The notes under the pieces were generated by a model that had not been told where the DNA came from, did no database searches, and saw only the letters and a list, made by a program, of their open reading frames with translations. From Eledone cirrhosa (taxonomy: Eukaryota), in contig OZ024742.1 in the NCBI GenBank assembly GCA_964016885.1, forward strand, positions 350,610,001 to 350,674,000: a stretch of DNA of 64,000 nt, in the 5' to 3' direction. Shown here one piece after another: positions 15,317 through 29,933 of the stretch (position 1 is the first letter of the stretch; the number at the start of each line of letters is the position of its first letter). Made by a program: the position numbers and the translations under genes.

Positions 15317-18300
15317 TTATACTTCTCTTAGGTCAGTGTTGTTTGTTTGGGTGTTGTTGTTGTTCCACTCATTCTTTCTGTTTAGCTTTGGTCTTCTAAT
15401 TTCTATTTCACTGGCCTCTCTGATTTGCCTATCTGTTGGGTCATTCCTATGTTTAGATATTATTCTAATTTCTATGTTGTCTATGTTACCGTCATGTTGT
15501 TGTCTAGCATGTTCGTATAGTACTGACCCGTTTTTTCGTCCTTTTAGTTCTCCCCAGTGTTGGTCTATCCTTTCACCTATGCTACGAGCTGTCTCACCTA
15601 TGTATGTTGTTGTCATGTTTCTGCAAGTACCCTCTGTACATCTTATGCTATAGACTACGTTTTTAGTTTTACAGTTTATCCGGCGGTTCACCTTACGTAT
15701 GATACATTTCCTATTGGTACAGTGGGTTTTCTTAAAAGGGTAGGTTTTGTTGATCAGGGATTTTATGGTGGTTCCTGGCTTTTCTACCACCTTTATTTTT
15801 AAGTGGGTCTTTCTCAGGGCCTTTCTACACTGGTTAGCTAATTTCCCTCCAGGGGTGACGTCCACAAACATGACACTCTGATATCTCTGGTTGTCGTACC
15901 ATGATGTGGCCTTCCCTATCTTATGTCTAGCCCTATCTAAGCTATTCCATGATTTGCTCCTGTATAATGGGCAAATTCCTTTCATGTCCAGTTCTATGAG
16001 GGTCTTATACTTTTCCATGGCTCCTTCGTATACTCTGACTCTGTCTCTTTGGTTGTAGCCAGAGAACTGCATGCGGTTGATGAAGTGTTGGAAGTGTCTT
16101 TCCATTTCTGTTGGGTCGCACATGTTGGACACATTCTTCATCACTCGTACCAAATCTGCGATCAGAATATTAAACTTAGCACTACTGGACATTGCTGAGT
16201 TTTTGAGTATCAGGTATTTGGAGGCCATGGGTTTAGCATAGTGTGAGTGGAGAATTTGGGCTCTCTCGTCTATAGTGTTAATCCAGAGTTCTGTGTCTAA
16301 TACAGGTAGTCTATTGTTAGGGTGTTTGGAAGGGAAGTCGATAGTTACAGTTATACTCTGGTGTATGGAATTAGCTATCTGCTGGATGCTTTCCATCGTG
16401 CTACGTTCTAAATCAAACTTGTTAGTGCTCTCTAGTGGGGGTGTTCTTATAACTATATTGATATCGTCTACATAACGAGAGTACATGATGAGGTCTATGG
16501 AGCTTTCATTAAGGAGATCTTTAAGTCTCCTTTCCCACCATACCATGAAAAGGTTGGCAACATCACCAGCTATGCTGATGCCGATGGCTGCTCCCTCATT
16601 TTGGGTGTAGATTTTCTCATTGAACTTAAATATGTGGCCCTTTAGGATAGTTTTGATGCTAGCCCCTATTGCATTTTTTTTACCTGATCATTTTACCTGA
16701 TCATTTTACCCCACCATTTTTCTTACCTGATCATTGTTTTGGGGGGTCCGTATAGCTTTGGTCCACCTAATCCACCTTCCCATGGGAGTCTTTTTTGCCA
16801 TTGAGGTTATGGTGGGGGTTCTACCTCTTATAGGTCTACTAGGGCAGAAACATCTAAGGTCATGGCTGTCTAGGTAGTCAGTGTCGTAGGTAAGTCTAAG
16901 TAGGAGGCCCAGTTCGTCTGTGTCGACGTCGCAGAACTCCACCTCACTCTCAATGATCATCTCCACACATCTTTTCACAGCAAAATCAATGTTAATGGAT
17001 GGGTACAGTGACACCACACCCATGCTGCCTATTATGCAGTTGGATAGGCTCCTGTTTTTGTTGCACTCACTGATTCTGCTGAGGAGGTCCTCTGTACTTT
17101 CACATACATCTGGGGACATCTTGATTATGGGGCTTATAACCATTGAGAGGAAGTAGGAGATCCAGTAGTTGATAGCTATATTAGCTCCGCATACGGGTCT
17201 TGTTGGTGGTCCTGTTGTCGGGTCGTCGACTGTCTTGTGGTCTTTGCGGAGCCCATACAAGGGTGGTATGCCATTGTTAGACGCCTGGAAGTTGTTGGGA
17301 GTGCGTCTGCTTGGCTTTAGGATGTCAGTCCACATCATCATGTGAGCGTTGAGGATTTTTTCTCTCCCATCGTGTGTTTGTTGTGCAACTCTGCTCGTGT
17401 TGGTGATGTGGGGTTGCATATCCTCGATGTAGTTCGGCATGCTATCTATTGACATCCTACAAGACTTATCTGTTGGTAGACACACTACCTTACCATCCCT
17501 TGTGCGCTGCTTGAGGCTAACCAAGCCTTCTACAGGTTTCCTCCCAAGTTGTTGGGCTTCTGGTCTGCTCTGTCTCTTAGTATACCTGTCTACTACTTGT
17601 CTAATCTTATTTCTAGCTATGGTGAACTGTGCCTCTGTCTCGTCATCTATTTGCTGTGGTATGCAAACTCTTTTATTAAAGGGTAACCTCGTAGGATAGA
17701 TATTACCCATCTTATATGTTGTGTCAGCTGGGTTGAAAAATAGTTTCTCTTAGGTGTTGTCATTATATCTATCGTCATATTTGTGTGTGTTGCTATTGTT
17801 GTTATCAGGGTGGTTGTTGTTGTTTCTATCATTAGCATTATTATTATTGTTATGATTGCTAGATGTATTGTTGTTTACTTCACCGTTATTGTTGTTGTTG
17901 TTACTGTTATTTCTATCATTGTGGTTGTTACTATTATTATGTTTCTTGTTTTTGTTGATGTTGCTACATGTACTTTTTCCATTATTACCACTGTGGTTAT
18001 TGTTGTTGTTGTTCGTATTGTTACCGTTATTACTACTGTGGTCGCTGTTGCTGTGTCTGTGGTTAATGTTTCTATTATTATTATTATTATTGTGGTTGTT
18101 GTTGTTCTGTCTATCGTTAGTATTATTACCATTATCACTATTTCTCACTTTCCTGCCATTGTTATGGTTATGGCTGTTATTTCTATACCCAGAGTTATTG
18201 TTTATATTACTACTACCGTTATTATTGTTGTTGTTGTTTACTTTTGCATTCCAACGTATTTTTGTGAAACACTTTTCCAGCTCCGTTTTGCACTCCATAG

Positions 18301-18979
18301 GGTTAATCTTTTTGTAGATGGCAAATTTTGGTGGTAACCGTAGGATTTGTTGTTATTGTTCACTGATTAAAGTGTTCCCATAGATATTTACTGTGTGGTC
18401 ATTGGTAAATTCTTCCGGTAGTTTTACATCAGTCATACGGATATTGTCGATGTTATCTGGGTATTTTTGAGAATATTCGATTTTCATTTCTTGTAGTTTT
18501 TTCTTATTCATCCATTCTAATTTCTTCTTGAAATGCCTATTGCATTCGTTTCGAGCGTATTTCGTTTCACGTCCGATGACGCTCATGAAGTTATCTCTCT
18601 CGTTTGCTGTAATGAGATTTCGGATTTCCTTATCGTTAATGCGTTTCTGTCTGTAGAGTTCGTTGACTTTTGTGTATGTTGTTCTTTTCATATTAACTGT
18701 TATTGTGTGTTTTAGTCGTTCGGCTTGTGTTTTGTTCAATAATAAATTATTTACTTGTTTTGATATGTTTGTTGTCTATGTTTTGGAGGAAACACAGTGT
18801 TTTAAGAAGCGGATTTGTTCTGTTGTTATTGTAGTTTTTATATAACAGAAAACAGTGTCTTTCAATAACCTTTCAGCTTGGCACAAGCTAATGCCGTAGC
18901 GGCGATGAATTAGTTTAGCGAGGTTTTTTATATGAAATCGTGTGTCGAAACAAATATTGTTATACTTGGGGTGGGTCAT
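15317..18979 (-). pseudogene. PLE polyprotein of about 1220 codons (N-terminal region, Asn-rich tract, RT, Cx4CxxC linker, C-terminal GIY-YIG endonuclease) with in-frame stops
   Basis: ORFs starting 18979, 18739, 18298, 17710 and 16546 share one frame. Motifs LPTDKS, YGLRKDHK, RPVC, SLYPSI, YSRYVDD, LPVLD, NVVYSIRC, YIGETARS. Stops at 18776, 18353, 17750 and within a small duplication at 16675-16708. Confidence 0.95.
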
Positions 18980-19159
18980 ATTTGCGTAATATTGCCAGAA
19001 TTAATAACAAAACACACTCACTGTTTGGTTGGTTTTCGCTTCTCGCTGTCTTTTATATCTGCGATCTAACTTACTCGCTCCTCAATGTTGCCATTGACTG
19101 ACCGACGGTCAAAAATAATACAGATACAATATAGACACAAACACATATATATAGTTTAC

Positions 19160-19212
19160 ATAATTTACATAAATCTTTCGTTGCACATCTGCAACATCGT
19201 CAGTGGTGTTAT
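19160..19212 (-). ncRNA. pLTR hammerhead ribozyme, family A, 5' pLTR
   Basis: Same motif as 15000-15052. Confidence 0.75.
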
Positions 19213-19331
19213 ATTTTTTTCCTCCTGTTGTGTTGTATGTCTACGCCATTTTTTTATTCAGTCTGTCTAAATATATAGAAAGACTGAATAAAAAATGGCG
19301 TAGACATACAACACAACAGGAGGAAAAACAT

Positions 19332-19384
19332 ATAACACCACTGACGATGTTGCAGATGTGCAACGAAAGATTTATGTAAATTAT
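19332..19384 (+). ncRNA. pLTR hammerhead ribozyme, family A, inverted pLTR
   Basis: CTGACGA at 19341-19347, stem II gttgca/tgcaac, then GAAA. Confidence 0.75.
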
Positions 19385-19637
19385 GTAAACTATATATATG
19401 TGTTTGTGTCTATATTGTATCTGTATTATTTTTGACCGTTGGTCAGTCAATGGCAACATTGAGGACCGAGTAAGCTAGATCGCAGATATAAAAGACAGCG
19501 AGAAGCGAAAACCAACCAAACAGTGAGTGTGTTCTGTTATTAATTCTGGCAATATTACACAAATATGACCCTCCCCAAGTATAACAATATTTGTTTCGAC
19601 ACACGATTTCATATAAAAAAACCTCGCTAAACTAACT

Positions 19638-19660
19638 TATACATATATATATATATATGT

Positions 19661-19711
<51 letters not shown>

Positions 19712-19803
19712 ACACATATATATATATATGTATACTTATATATATATATATATATATATGTATAGACATATATATATATATACATATATATATATATGTA
19801 TAC

Positions 19804-19836
<33 letters not shown>

Positions 19837-19857
19837 AATACATATATATATATATGT

Positions 19858-19892
<35 letters not shown>

Positions 19893-19909
19893 CATATATA
19901 TATATATGT

Positions 19910-19945
<36 letters not shown>

Positions 19946-20115
19946 ACATATATATATATATGTATACATATATATATATATGTATACATATATATATATG
20001 TATACATATATATATATATATATATATATGTATACATATATATATATATGTATACATATATATATATATGTATACATATATATATATGTATACATATATA
20101 TATATATATGTATAC

Positions 20116-20148
<33 letters not shown>

Positions 20149-20248
20149 TATATTGTGTATATACATATATATTGTGTATATATATAATATATGTATACAT
20201 ATATATATATATATGTATACATATATATATACATATATATATGTATAC

Positions 20249-20280
<32 letters not shown>

Positions 20281-20721
20281 GTATACATATATATATATGT
20301 ATACATATATATATATATATGTATACATATATATATATATGTATACATATATATATATGTTTACATATATATATATATATGTATACATATATATATATAT
20401 GTATACATATATATATATGTTTACATATATATATATATACGTATACATATATATATATATGTATACATATATATATATGTTTACATATATATATATATGT
20501 ATACATATATATATATATGTCTACATATATATATATATGTATACATATATATATATATGTATACATATATATATATGTATACATATATATATTTATATAT
20601 ATGTATACATATATATATATATGTATACATATATATATATATGTATACATATATATATATGTATACATATATATATTTATATATATGTATATATATATAT
20701 ATATATATGTATACATATATA

Positions 20722-20792
<71 letters not shown>

Positions 20793-20887
20793 ACATATAT
20801 ATATATATATATATGTATACATATATACGTATACATATATATATATATATATGTGTATATATATATATATATGTATACATATATATC

Positions 20888-20948
<61 letters not shown>

Positions 20949-20949
20949 G

Positions 20950-21007
<58 letters not shown>

Positions 21008-21066
21008 TATGTATATTTATATATATATGTATACATATATATATATATATATATACATATATATGT

Positions 21067-21131
<65 letters not shown>

Positions 21132-21140
21132 TATGTATAC

Positions 21141-21171
<31 letters not shown>

Positions 21172-21302
21172 TATATATATATATATATACATATATCTAT
21201 ATATATATATACATATATCTATATATATATCTACATATATCTATATATATCTATACATATACATATATCTATATATATATCTACATATATCTATATATAT
21301 AT

Positions 21303-21400
<98 letters not shown>

Positions 21401-21420
21401 ACATATATATACATATATGT

Positions 21421-21476
<56 letters not shown>
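19638..21476. repeat. Degenerate (TA)n array with recurring tgtataca units
   Basis: Direct reading. Confidence 0.97.
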
Positions 21477-21479
<3 letters not shown>

Positions 21480-21892
21480 CCTCCAAATTATTTGTTGAGC
21501 AAAGTTTGCCAAATTACAACTGTGACTGATAGTAGTAGCTAGGCTCTGTCTTAATAGCCCCCCCCCCACCACCACCACCACTCCAAGCTGGTTAACCTCA
21601 GTATCACGTGATTGATTCTTTTGAATTTGCCACTTGACCAAGAAGGCAGTGAATTGTTCAATGGCTTGGAATCTAGCCCCGCTCGCTTTTGTCCATCCAC
21701 TGAATTATTTTTATATAAGTTCCCAGTGTCCCCGCATTGCCTGGAAACTTAGCTGAGAATAGACTCCCTGATGACGTAAAGCTTCTCTATAGTTATTATA
21801 TAACTATATTTATCCCCTTACAGAAACTAATTAGTTGGAGTGAAATTTTAGTAAGTAAGTCAATTTTCATAACTTTCTTATTTACGTCTTTC

Positions 21893-21897
21893 ATATA

Positions 21898-21942
<45 letters not shown>

Positions 21943-22268
21943 ACATATATATATATATATATATACATATATATATACATATATATACACATATATATAT
22001 ACATATATATACATATATATAGATATATATACATATATATATATAGAAATATATATATACATATATATACATATATATAGATATATATACATATATATAT
22101 ATAGAAATATATATATACATATATATATACATATGTATATACATATATATATATACATATATATATATACATATATATATATACATATATATATATATAC
22201 ATATATATACATACATATATATACATATACATATATATATATACATACATATATATATATATACATAC

Positions 22269-22359
<91 letters not shown>

Positions 22360-22378
22360 TAGATAGATAGATAGATAT
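21893..22378. repeat. (TA)n/(TACA)n array
   Basis: Direct reading. Confidence 0.95.
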
Positions 22379-23014
22379 TTATATGCATATTATATATATA
22401 TATGTATGAGTCTGTGTGTGAGTGTGTGCGTGTGTGTGTTTCTTAGTGAGAGTGTTTAGTATGTGTATGCGATAATGTATTGTATGTATTTTATATTATT
22501 CATGAAATGTCTGTAACAAACAACTATCTAGGTATCTCTCCATATATCAAATCCATGTGGCATTCCATTTATCACTTATCATAAATCTCGGTACATTATC
22601 AACGTTCGCACATAATACGGCCTAATCTGTAAACGACATAACTGCACTGTAATTGCAAGGATATTCAAAAATAAACATCATTAGAGAATTATGTTTTGAA
22701 ATGCTTCCCAGTTTCTGTAAAATTTCAGTTTGATTTTGTCATTGGTATCGAAAAATGTTTCTATAAAATTATATTTATCATGAAACATTTGTTCAGTGAG
22801 TGCATACAACCCACACACACGCTAACAACACATATACAGTTGTAGTGTACGAAATCATAGAAAATGGTAATAGCGCACACATGTTAACACACACATCGCT
22901 CTACGTCTAATACACAAACCCTTATCACTGTCAAACACATACATTATACATATGTATATATATATATATATATATATATTACAATATATAAGATATATAT
23001 ATATATATCATACG

Positions 23015-23046
<32 letters not shown>

Positions 23047-23048
23047 GA

Positions 23049-23190
23049 TGAGATTCTACAGGACTAGAACTGTTTCATGAATGAAACAGGTCTAGTCCTG
23101 TAGAATCTCCTCTATATTAAAACTTTTATACTCTGCTATGTATTGAGTACCTTACTTACTGTGGTTACCTCCGATTCAACCCGGAATAAC
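23049..23190. mobile_element. Family B fold-back retaining only the HHR 3' halves
   Basis: gagattctacaggactagaactgtttcat-ga-atgaaacaggtctagtcctgtagaatctc. Confidence 0.75.
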
Positions 23191-23191
23191 G

Positions 23192-23229
<38 letters not shown>

Positions 23230-23574
23230 ATGGAAAACGAAAAATCAGTGATGCATCGGAACTCATTTATTGTGTGTTACAATTGTTTCCCCGGCGAGCA
23301 GTTCGAGGTGCGATCCATGTGTGGATCTACTTGATTCTAGTCTCGCAGGTTCCTCGGACACGTCTATGGATTTCGGATCAATCATCTTTCTGGGGTTTTC
23401 TGGCCCTACAAGCCCATATCCCACACCTTCATCCGCTTTGCGCGTCCTTGGGTTGGTCACTTGTTAGTGACGTCATCATTATTTTGACCACTTGTATCAG
23501 CCCGGTGACCGTCAGGGCGTGAGCTGTCATTCACCCACTGCCCCGTCGGCAAAATGACTGCTGTTTGTCAGCTC

Positions 23575-23593
23575 ACACTCCCACTTGCACATA

Positions 23594-23659
<66 letters not shown>

Positions 23660-24290
23660 CACACACACACACACAGATACTGATGGGTACATACGCAGTA
23701 GCTTGTATGATTACGTTCACACACAGAAATAGTCACACAAAATATACCCATACATGCACACAGAGAGGCACACACGCACACACGTTCGTTTATATACGCA
23801 CGCATATACACAGACACACACACATATATTTACGCACCCGTATATATCATGCACACACACACACACACGTACGCATCCATGCATAAACATACATATATAT
23901 ATATATATATATACATACGCTCACAGATATATAAAACACACTCACAGATATATATATATACATACATTTACGCACACACATATGCACATCTGCACATACA
24001 TATGCATACATACACACATATACATATATATATACACACCCACCCACACGCCCACACACATGTATACACACATACGTCTATACACACACACACGCATATA
24101 CACATGCATACACATACATATACACACACACATATATACACATACATACACACACACACATATATATATACAAACACACACATACCCCCAATACATGTTT
24201 TTCCTCTGTACGTGTGCATACACACATACACAGACTCGCACATATATCCCTACACATATGTATATATGTATGTACACACATCTACACACA
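23575..24290. repeat. (CA)n-rich low-complexity tract
   Basis: Direct reading. Confidence 0.9.
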
Positions 24291-24420
24291 TATAAATAAA
24301 TGTACAACAAATACATGTAAAAAAAAGCATAGAAAGATGCACATTGGGTTGTACATGCAGATGGAGATGATATTATGCTGCCAACGTGGATATATCCGCG
24401 TATAGGCACCTCAAGCAAGG

Positions 24421-24474
<54 letters not shown>

Positions 24475-24580
24475 ATGTATATACGCACACATAATAAAAT
24501 TACGTATATCAATGCTTTGCATTAACAACACTACTGTATATACCTTAGTAGGGTGCAAAAGACATTTTTAATGTTCAAAT

Positions 24581-24654
24581 GGCTTTTAAAGGACTAGAAC
24601 TATTTCATCTAAAAAGCAATCATCAGGAAATCCCTGATGATTTCTTTTAAATGA

Positions 24655-24658
<4 letters not shown>
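24581..24658. mobile_element. Family B fold-back with degenerate HHR cores
   Basis: aatcatcagg-aaatc-cctgatgatt inverted junction followed by GAAAC. Confidence 0.65.
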
Positions 24659-24699
<41 letters not shown>

Positions 24700-25077
24700 T
24701 TTAAAAATGGAATGAGAATAAGAAGAAAGCAAGAATGGGAGTGTGTGTGGGGGATTCCTCATCAGTTTTCTACTGGGGGCTTCGGATATTTCTACGCTTT
24801 GACAATATATCTAACCCCCCCCCCCCTCCCCCAGCGTTCAAGAAATGGGTAAGTTATTGGAAAAACAGAGGAGGGAGAGAGGGTGATGGAAATTAAACTT
24901 CCCTCATAAATCATTGGACAACCCGGGAACATATCCAGTGCTAAGTTGATACGATCTGTGGGGAAAACCTCAATATTTGATAATATTGAAACTACTTACT
25001 CTTGAATCTAAAACACTGGACGATTTATCATCGCAACTCACACAGGATATGTTGTGTGTGCGTGTAAGTGTGTGTTG

Positions 25078-25114
<37 letters not shown>

Positions 25115-26747
25115 GTAGAGTATGAGTGTTAGATAGATTGATAGATAGGTTAGAGAGAGAAAGATAGAGAGAGCTTGGGAGAGAGTATATAGCTAGAATC
25201 GAAAATGGCACGCTAATCTTCTGGACGACATAAATTCAAGCGAATTGGATCAATCTTAGCTGTATATTGAAATACATAGAAGTGTTTGTCGAAAGCCTGG
25301 TAGCATCTGAAGCTGTTAACTTCAGATTATGATTTTATTGAAATAAAGTCAATAGTTCTACAGACAAAACGTAGCTATACTAGAGCCAGCGATCGGGCTA
25401 ATAGAGACTTCTTCTCACCATCATTATGTTGAATAATTACACCCAAATAATTGTGTCCCTAAATTAATGTTGATACTCACAGCTGCTCACCTTACCATCA
25501 TAACAGTCAATTTGTGCGAAAAGAGGGCGGCTTGAATTTTATCAATAGGTGTGTAATATATCGGTGGTGAAAACACTTAGGTATTGCTGCTGCAAACAGA
25601 AGAGCTGTGAATGGATGTGGTGAGCAATTAGTAACTATTTTCTGTAAGCGTTGGGGCTTAAATAACTATCGTGTTCAGTTAGTTGTATTGTGTGAACATT
25701 CATGTACCTGGTGTATCCGTTGCGAAACCAGTTCAGTGAAAACTGTCCGGATCATTAAATGGAAACGAATTCCTCACTAACATTTGAACGATAGAATGAG
25801 TTAAAGGACACTAATTATTTATTTTAAGAGTAAAAGCGATAGAATAAGAACGATAAAGAACTTTCTGCCATCTTATAACCCCATCCACTAGAACCTGGCT
25901 GCAATGAATTGCTTATTCGCTCACAATACTACATTTCCATTTTATTCTTCTGCTAGCTCACGCAAATTCTATACAATAAAGTTCCATTTATTTGTCTAAA
26001 GAATTACGTTTTATCCATGGTGAAACACGATATATTTTGTTGAAGAGTGAAGAGAATAATTGAATGGAATTTGCTGGTAGTCCAGCAGTTAATTCTTTCT
26101 TCATGTGACGTTCAAATGACATTATATATTTACTTATGTTGTACACATCATGATATTTATGTCGTGTATCCAGGTTACATTTATGATATACTGACTGCTT
26201 AAACCAATAATATTTATTGATCTATTTGATTCTAATTTCTTCTGGTTATCCATCATCGCTGCTGCGAAATATTATTTGAGATTTTCTCCTCACATATATT
26301 TCAGTTTAGAAATAAGATAAATGTTGCCATTACTGGTTATATTATTTCATTTGAAAACTGTCAGTGCTCTATCTTCATTGAATTTCAATATTACGAGAGG
26401 AAGATAGAGATGATTGAGGCAGGAGTTGTGGATAGAATACATTATATATGCAGCTTCCACACTAAAGAATCAAAGAAGAAATGATTATGACAACGTTGAA
26501 GCTGCCAGGAGGGCACCCCTAAACACCTTACAACAGTTAGATACAGCTTAACAGTTTAAGTTCAATTTCCATTAGTATCGACTGAAGTTTTAATTCCTTT
26601 GAAGTAAAGAAAAAAATACAGTGCCATTAATACATTTAAGTAGATTTAATAGATGTTGATTAATTGACTTGGTGCTTAAGAAGGTATCAAGGAAGTCCCA
26701 TCAGGGTTCCTCATTTTTACATCTCATCATATATGCGAATATGGGCA

Positions 26748-27140
26748 CACAGACACACGCTCTCTATCTCTCTCTATATCTGTCTCACACGACGTAGACA
26801 CACAGACACACACATTCTCTCTCTATCTCTATATATATATCTCACATGACGTAGACACACAGACACATACATTATCTCTCTCTCTATATATATATATCTC
26901 ACACGACGTAGACACACGGACACACTCTCTCTCTGTCTCTATCTCTCTCTATATATATCTCACACGACGTACTCACACAGCACACACACTCTCTCTCTCT
27001 ATATATATATATATCTCACACGACGTAGACACACAGACACACTCACTCTCTGTCTCTATCTCTCTCTATATATATCTCACACGACGTACTCACACAGACA
27101 CTCTCTCTCTCCTATCTATCTATATATATATCTCACACAC
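26748..27140. repeat. Composite minisatellite, about 7 variable units of roughly 50-60 bp
   Basis: Recurring tatatctcacacgacgtagacacacagacacac followed by (CT)n(AT)n. Confidence 0.9.
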
Positions 27141-27577
27141 ACAAATATATCTTCAAATAGACACAGTTTTTACATTCTAATCTCCTTTACGGGATCATAT
27201 TATTACTGAAGATCCACAACGAGGGTGAAATGTACAGTTTCATCTATTAAAAAAATATATTATTTATCAAATAATTCCACATTCTTCTTTCACTGAATCG
27301 TTAATCTTTTTACTAGTGCCACTACTCTAGCTTTTAGCCTGCATTTAAAGAACAAATTATTATGTAGAATATACAGAGATAATGTATTCGAACAAAACTA
27401 ATTATAGCTACACGGTCTATACGATATGAACAAGGTTAAAATCGAAATAAATTTCTCACGTCTTGAAAAGTATATCCTAGGAATATCGATGACTCATCGG
27501 TTCATTTCTCTCCTTGAAAACTTTGCGTACGAGAAGTGAGAGAAGATCAATGGAAATCAAATTGATATTGCAAATAC

Positions 27578-27757
27578 TTGTTTCTACTTTAGGCACAAGG
27601 CCAGCAATTACCCAGTACATTACTGGTACTTTATTTTATCGACCGCGTAAGGATGCAAGGCAAAGTTAACCTCGACGGGATTTGAACTCAGACCGTAAAG
27701 GGACGTAACTATGCTGGAAAGCATGGCGTCCGACTTTCTACCGATACTGCCAATCCA
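27578..27757 (-). mobile_element. tRNA-derived Nin-like SINE
   Basis: Same consensus as 9098-9283. Confidence 0.9.
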
Positions 27758-27860
27758 CATACTACTTAACAAACATATTCCATAACAATCGAATTGGGAA
27801 TCCTATACTTAACATAGTGAAGGAAAGATATACTTAATGACGAATATATATATATATATA

Positions 27861-29624
27861 TACGATATTAAACAAATGGAAATTACATTTATAAAACCAT
27901 ATTTATTTCATTATATATATTTCAGGGATATCATATTAAAAATATGGTATGCCCTCTTCAGACAAAATACAATATATAGACAGTTTTATAAATAAATTTG
28001 ACATACCTTAGAGTTTTCAACTTCCATTTAAAAGTTGTTACGGTAGTGAAAATGTTAAGGACGGTTAGAAAGAAAGACGGAGAAAAAAGGAAAAAAGGAA
28101 AAAAGGAAAAAAGGAAAAAAGGAAAAAGAGAAAGAAGGAGAAAAGAAAAAGAAAGAGCGGAAGGTGAAAAAGATGAAGAAATGTATGTAAAGAGAGACCA
28201 CCAAATGAGAGATCTATGAGGGAAAGGGGTACTGTAATTATTCATTTGTTTATTTATCTATTTAGTGTTAAGGATACGGGGAGAAATAAAAACAAAAATA
28301 AATAAGGAGAGGTAGAACGAGTAATATCTATTATACGAGGTGGGAGAGATAGGGGAGGGGTGATATACAGGAGATAGAGTTAAAACAGCCGATATAAGAG
28401 TAGAAGGGAGGAGGAGAGGAGATATACTTAGAAACAAAAATGATAGTTTTAAAATATTATGTTTCATCAGTCTATCAATTCCTATGAATTATAATGTAAA
28501 CATCAATATTCATGAATGAGACACATCAATCTATTCTATGCTTGTACGATAATCATGTAAGAAAGGGCAAGAATATTATTATTATTAATAATGTATATTT
28601 TATGTATATATATATGTATGTACACTTATGTGTAGAGTAAAATCTTTTTAACGCAATGAAGAGTTCCATGTGAAATATAAATTTACAGAGCTGATCATGT
28701 AAACTCACATGTGTCTATAATGTCAGTTTGAGATAACCTTCTCTTTTTCTTTCTCTTTTCTCTTTTTTCATGAAATACATATATACCTATGTGTTCCAGT
28801 ATTTTTTGAGGTTTTATCTCAGATTTTGATTATAAACCTATGAATTTTTAAACTAAACATATAGTCACTATTTTTTCACACATTATTGATATGGATCTCA
28901 TTCATGAATATTGATGTTTACATTATAATTCATAGGAATTGATAGACTGATGAAACATAATATTTTAAAACTCTCATTTTTGTTTCTAAGTATATCTCCT
29001 CTCCTCCTCCCTTCTACTCTTATATCGGCTGTTTTAACTCTATCTCCTGTATATCACCCCTCCCCTATCTCTCCCACCTCGTATAATAGATATTACTCGT
29101 TCTATCTCTCCTTATTTATTTTTGTTTTTATTTCTCCCCGTATCCTTAACACTAAATAGATAAATAAACAAATGAATAATTACAGTACCCCCTTCCCTCA
29201 TAGATCTCTCATTTGGTGGTCTCTCTTTACATACATTTCTTCATCTTTTTCACCTTCCGCTCTTTCTTTTTCTTTTCTCCTTCTTTCTCTTTTTCCTTTT
29301 TTCCTTTTTTCCTTTTTTCTCCGTCTTTCTTTCTAACCGTCCTTAACATTTTCACTACCGTAACAACTTTTTAAATGGAAGTTGTAAACTCTAAGGTATG
29401 TCAAATTTATTTATAAAACTGTCTATATATTGTATTTTGTCTGAAGAGGGCATACCATATTTTTAATATGATATCCCTGAAATATATATAATGAAATGAA
29501 TATGGTTTTATAAATGTAATTTCCATTTGTTTAATATCGTAAAATACTCCAAAATCTGTTGAGTGCTTTTATATCAGTTATAAAATATTTACTCGTTGTA
29601 ACCCAACATTTAAAATAAAACTTT

Positions 29625-29628
<4 letters not shown>
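27861..29628. mobile_element. Family E inverted-repeat insertion, arms 27861-28521 and 28896-29541, HHRs at 27905-27968 (-) and 29434-29497 (+)
   Basis: About 650-bp near-identical arms (identical 69-aa ORFs on opposite strands); CTGAAGA...GAAA-tatat-ATA. Confidence 0.9.
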
Positions 29629-29668
<40 letters not shown>

Positions 29669-29859
29669 TGGAAAATCACTGACGAAGGACTATTTTTATC
29701 ATATGTAACCCATGTGATACCACGCAGTATTCTTCTTTCTTCTCATGTTTTATATATATATATATATATACACATACACACACACACACACATATATATA
29801 TACATACATATTTATATATATATATGTAAACAGACACACACCCACCCACATATATATAC

Positions 29860-29930
<71 letters not shown>

Positions 29931-29933
<3 letters not shown>

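Larger units (their letters stand above)
14799..19635 (-). mobile_element. Near full-length Penelope-like retroelement (family A, copy 2) with direct pLTRs and an extra inverted 5' pLTR
   Basis: Direct repeats 14799-15110 and 18956-19269; inverted pLTR 19271-19635; (TA)n on both flanks; single RT-EN reading frame. Confidence 0.96.

Noticed and set aside
15317-18979. Selenocysteine or readthrough recoding of the in-frame stops, as in selenoprotein-encoding Naiad PLEs
   Set aside because: The stops are TAG or TAA, the only TGA lies in a copy-specific duplication, the endonuclease is C-terminal, and no SECIS was recognised
19519-19570. Intron in the family A pLTR (GTGAGT donor-like site)
   Set aside because: No acceptor AG before the ATG; cannot be supported without transcripts
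24840-26700. Host gene exons or promoter in the unique-looking stretch
   Set aside because: No ORF, splice pattern or motif set that I can support
29674-29740. Hammerhead starting at CTGACGA
   Set aside because: No downstream GAAA or closable stem II
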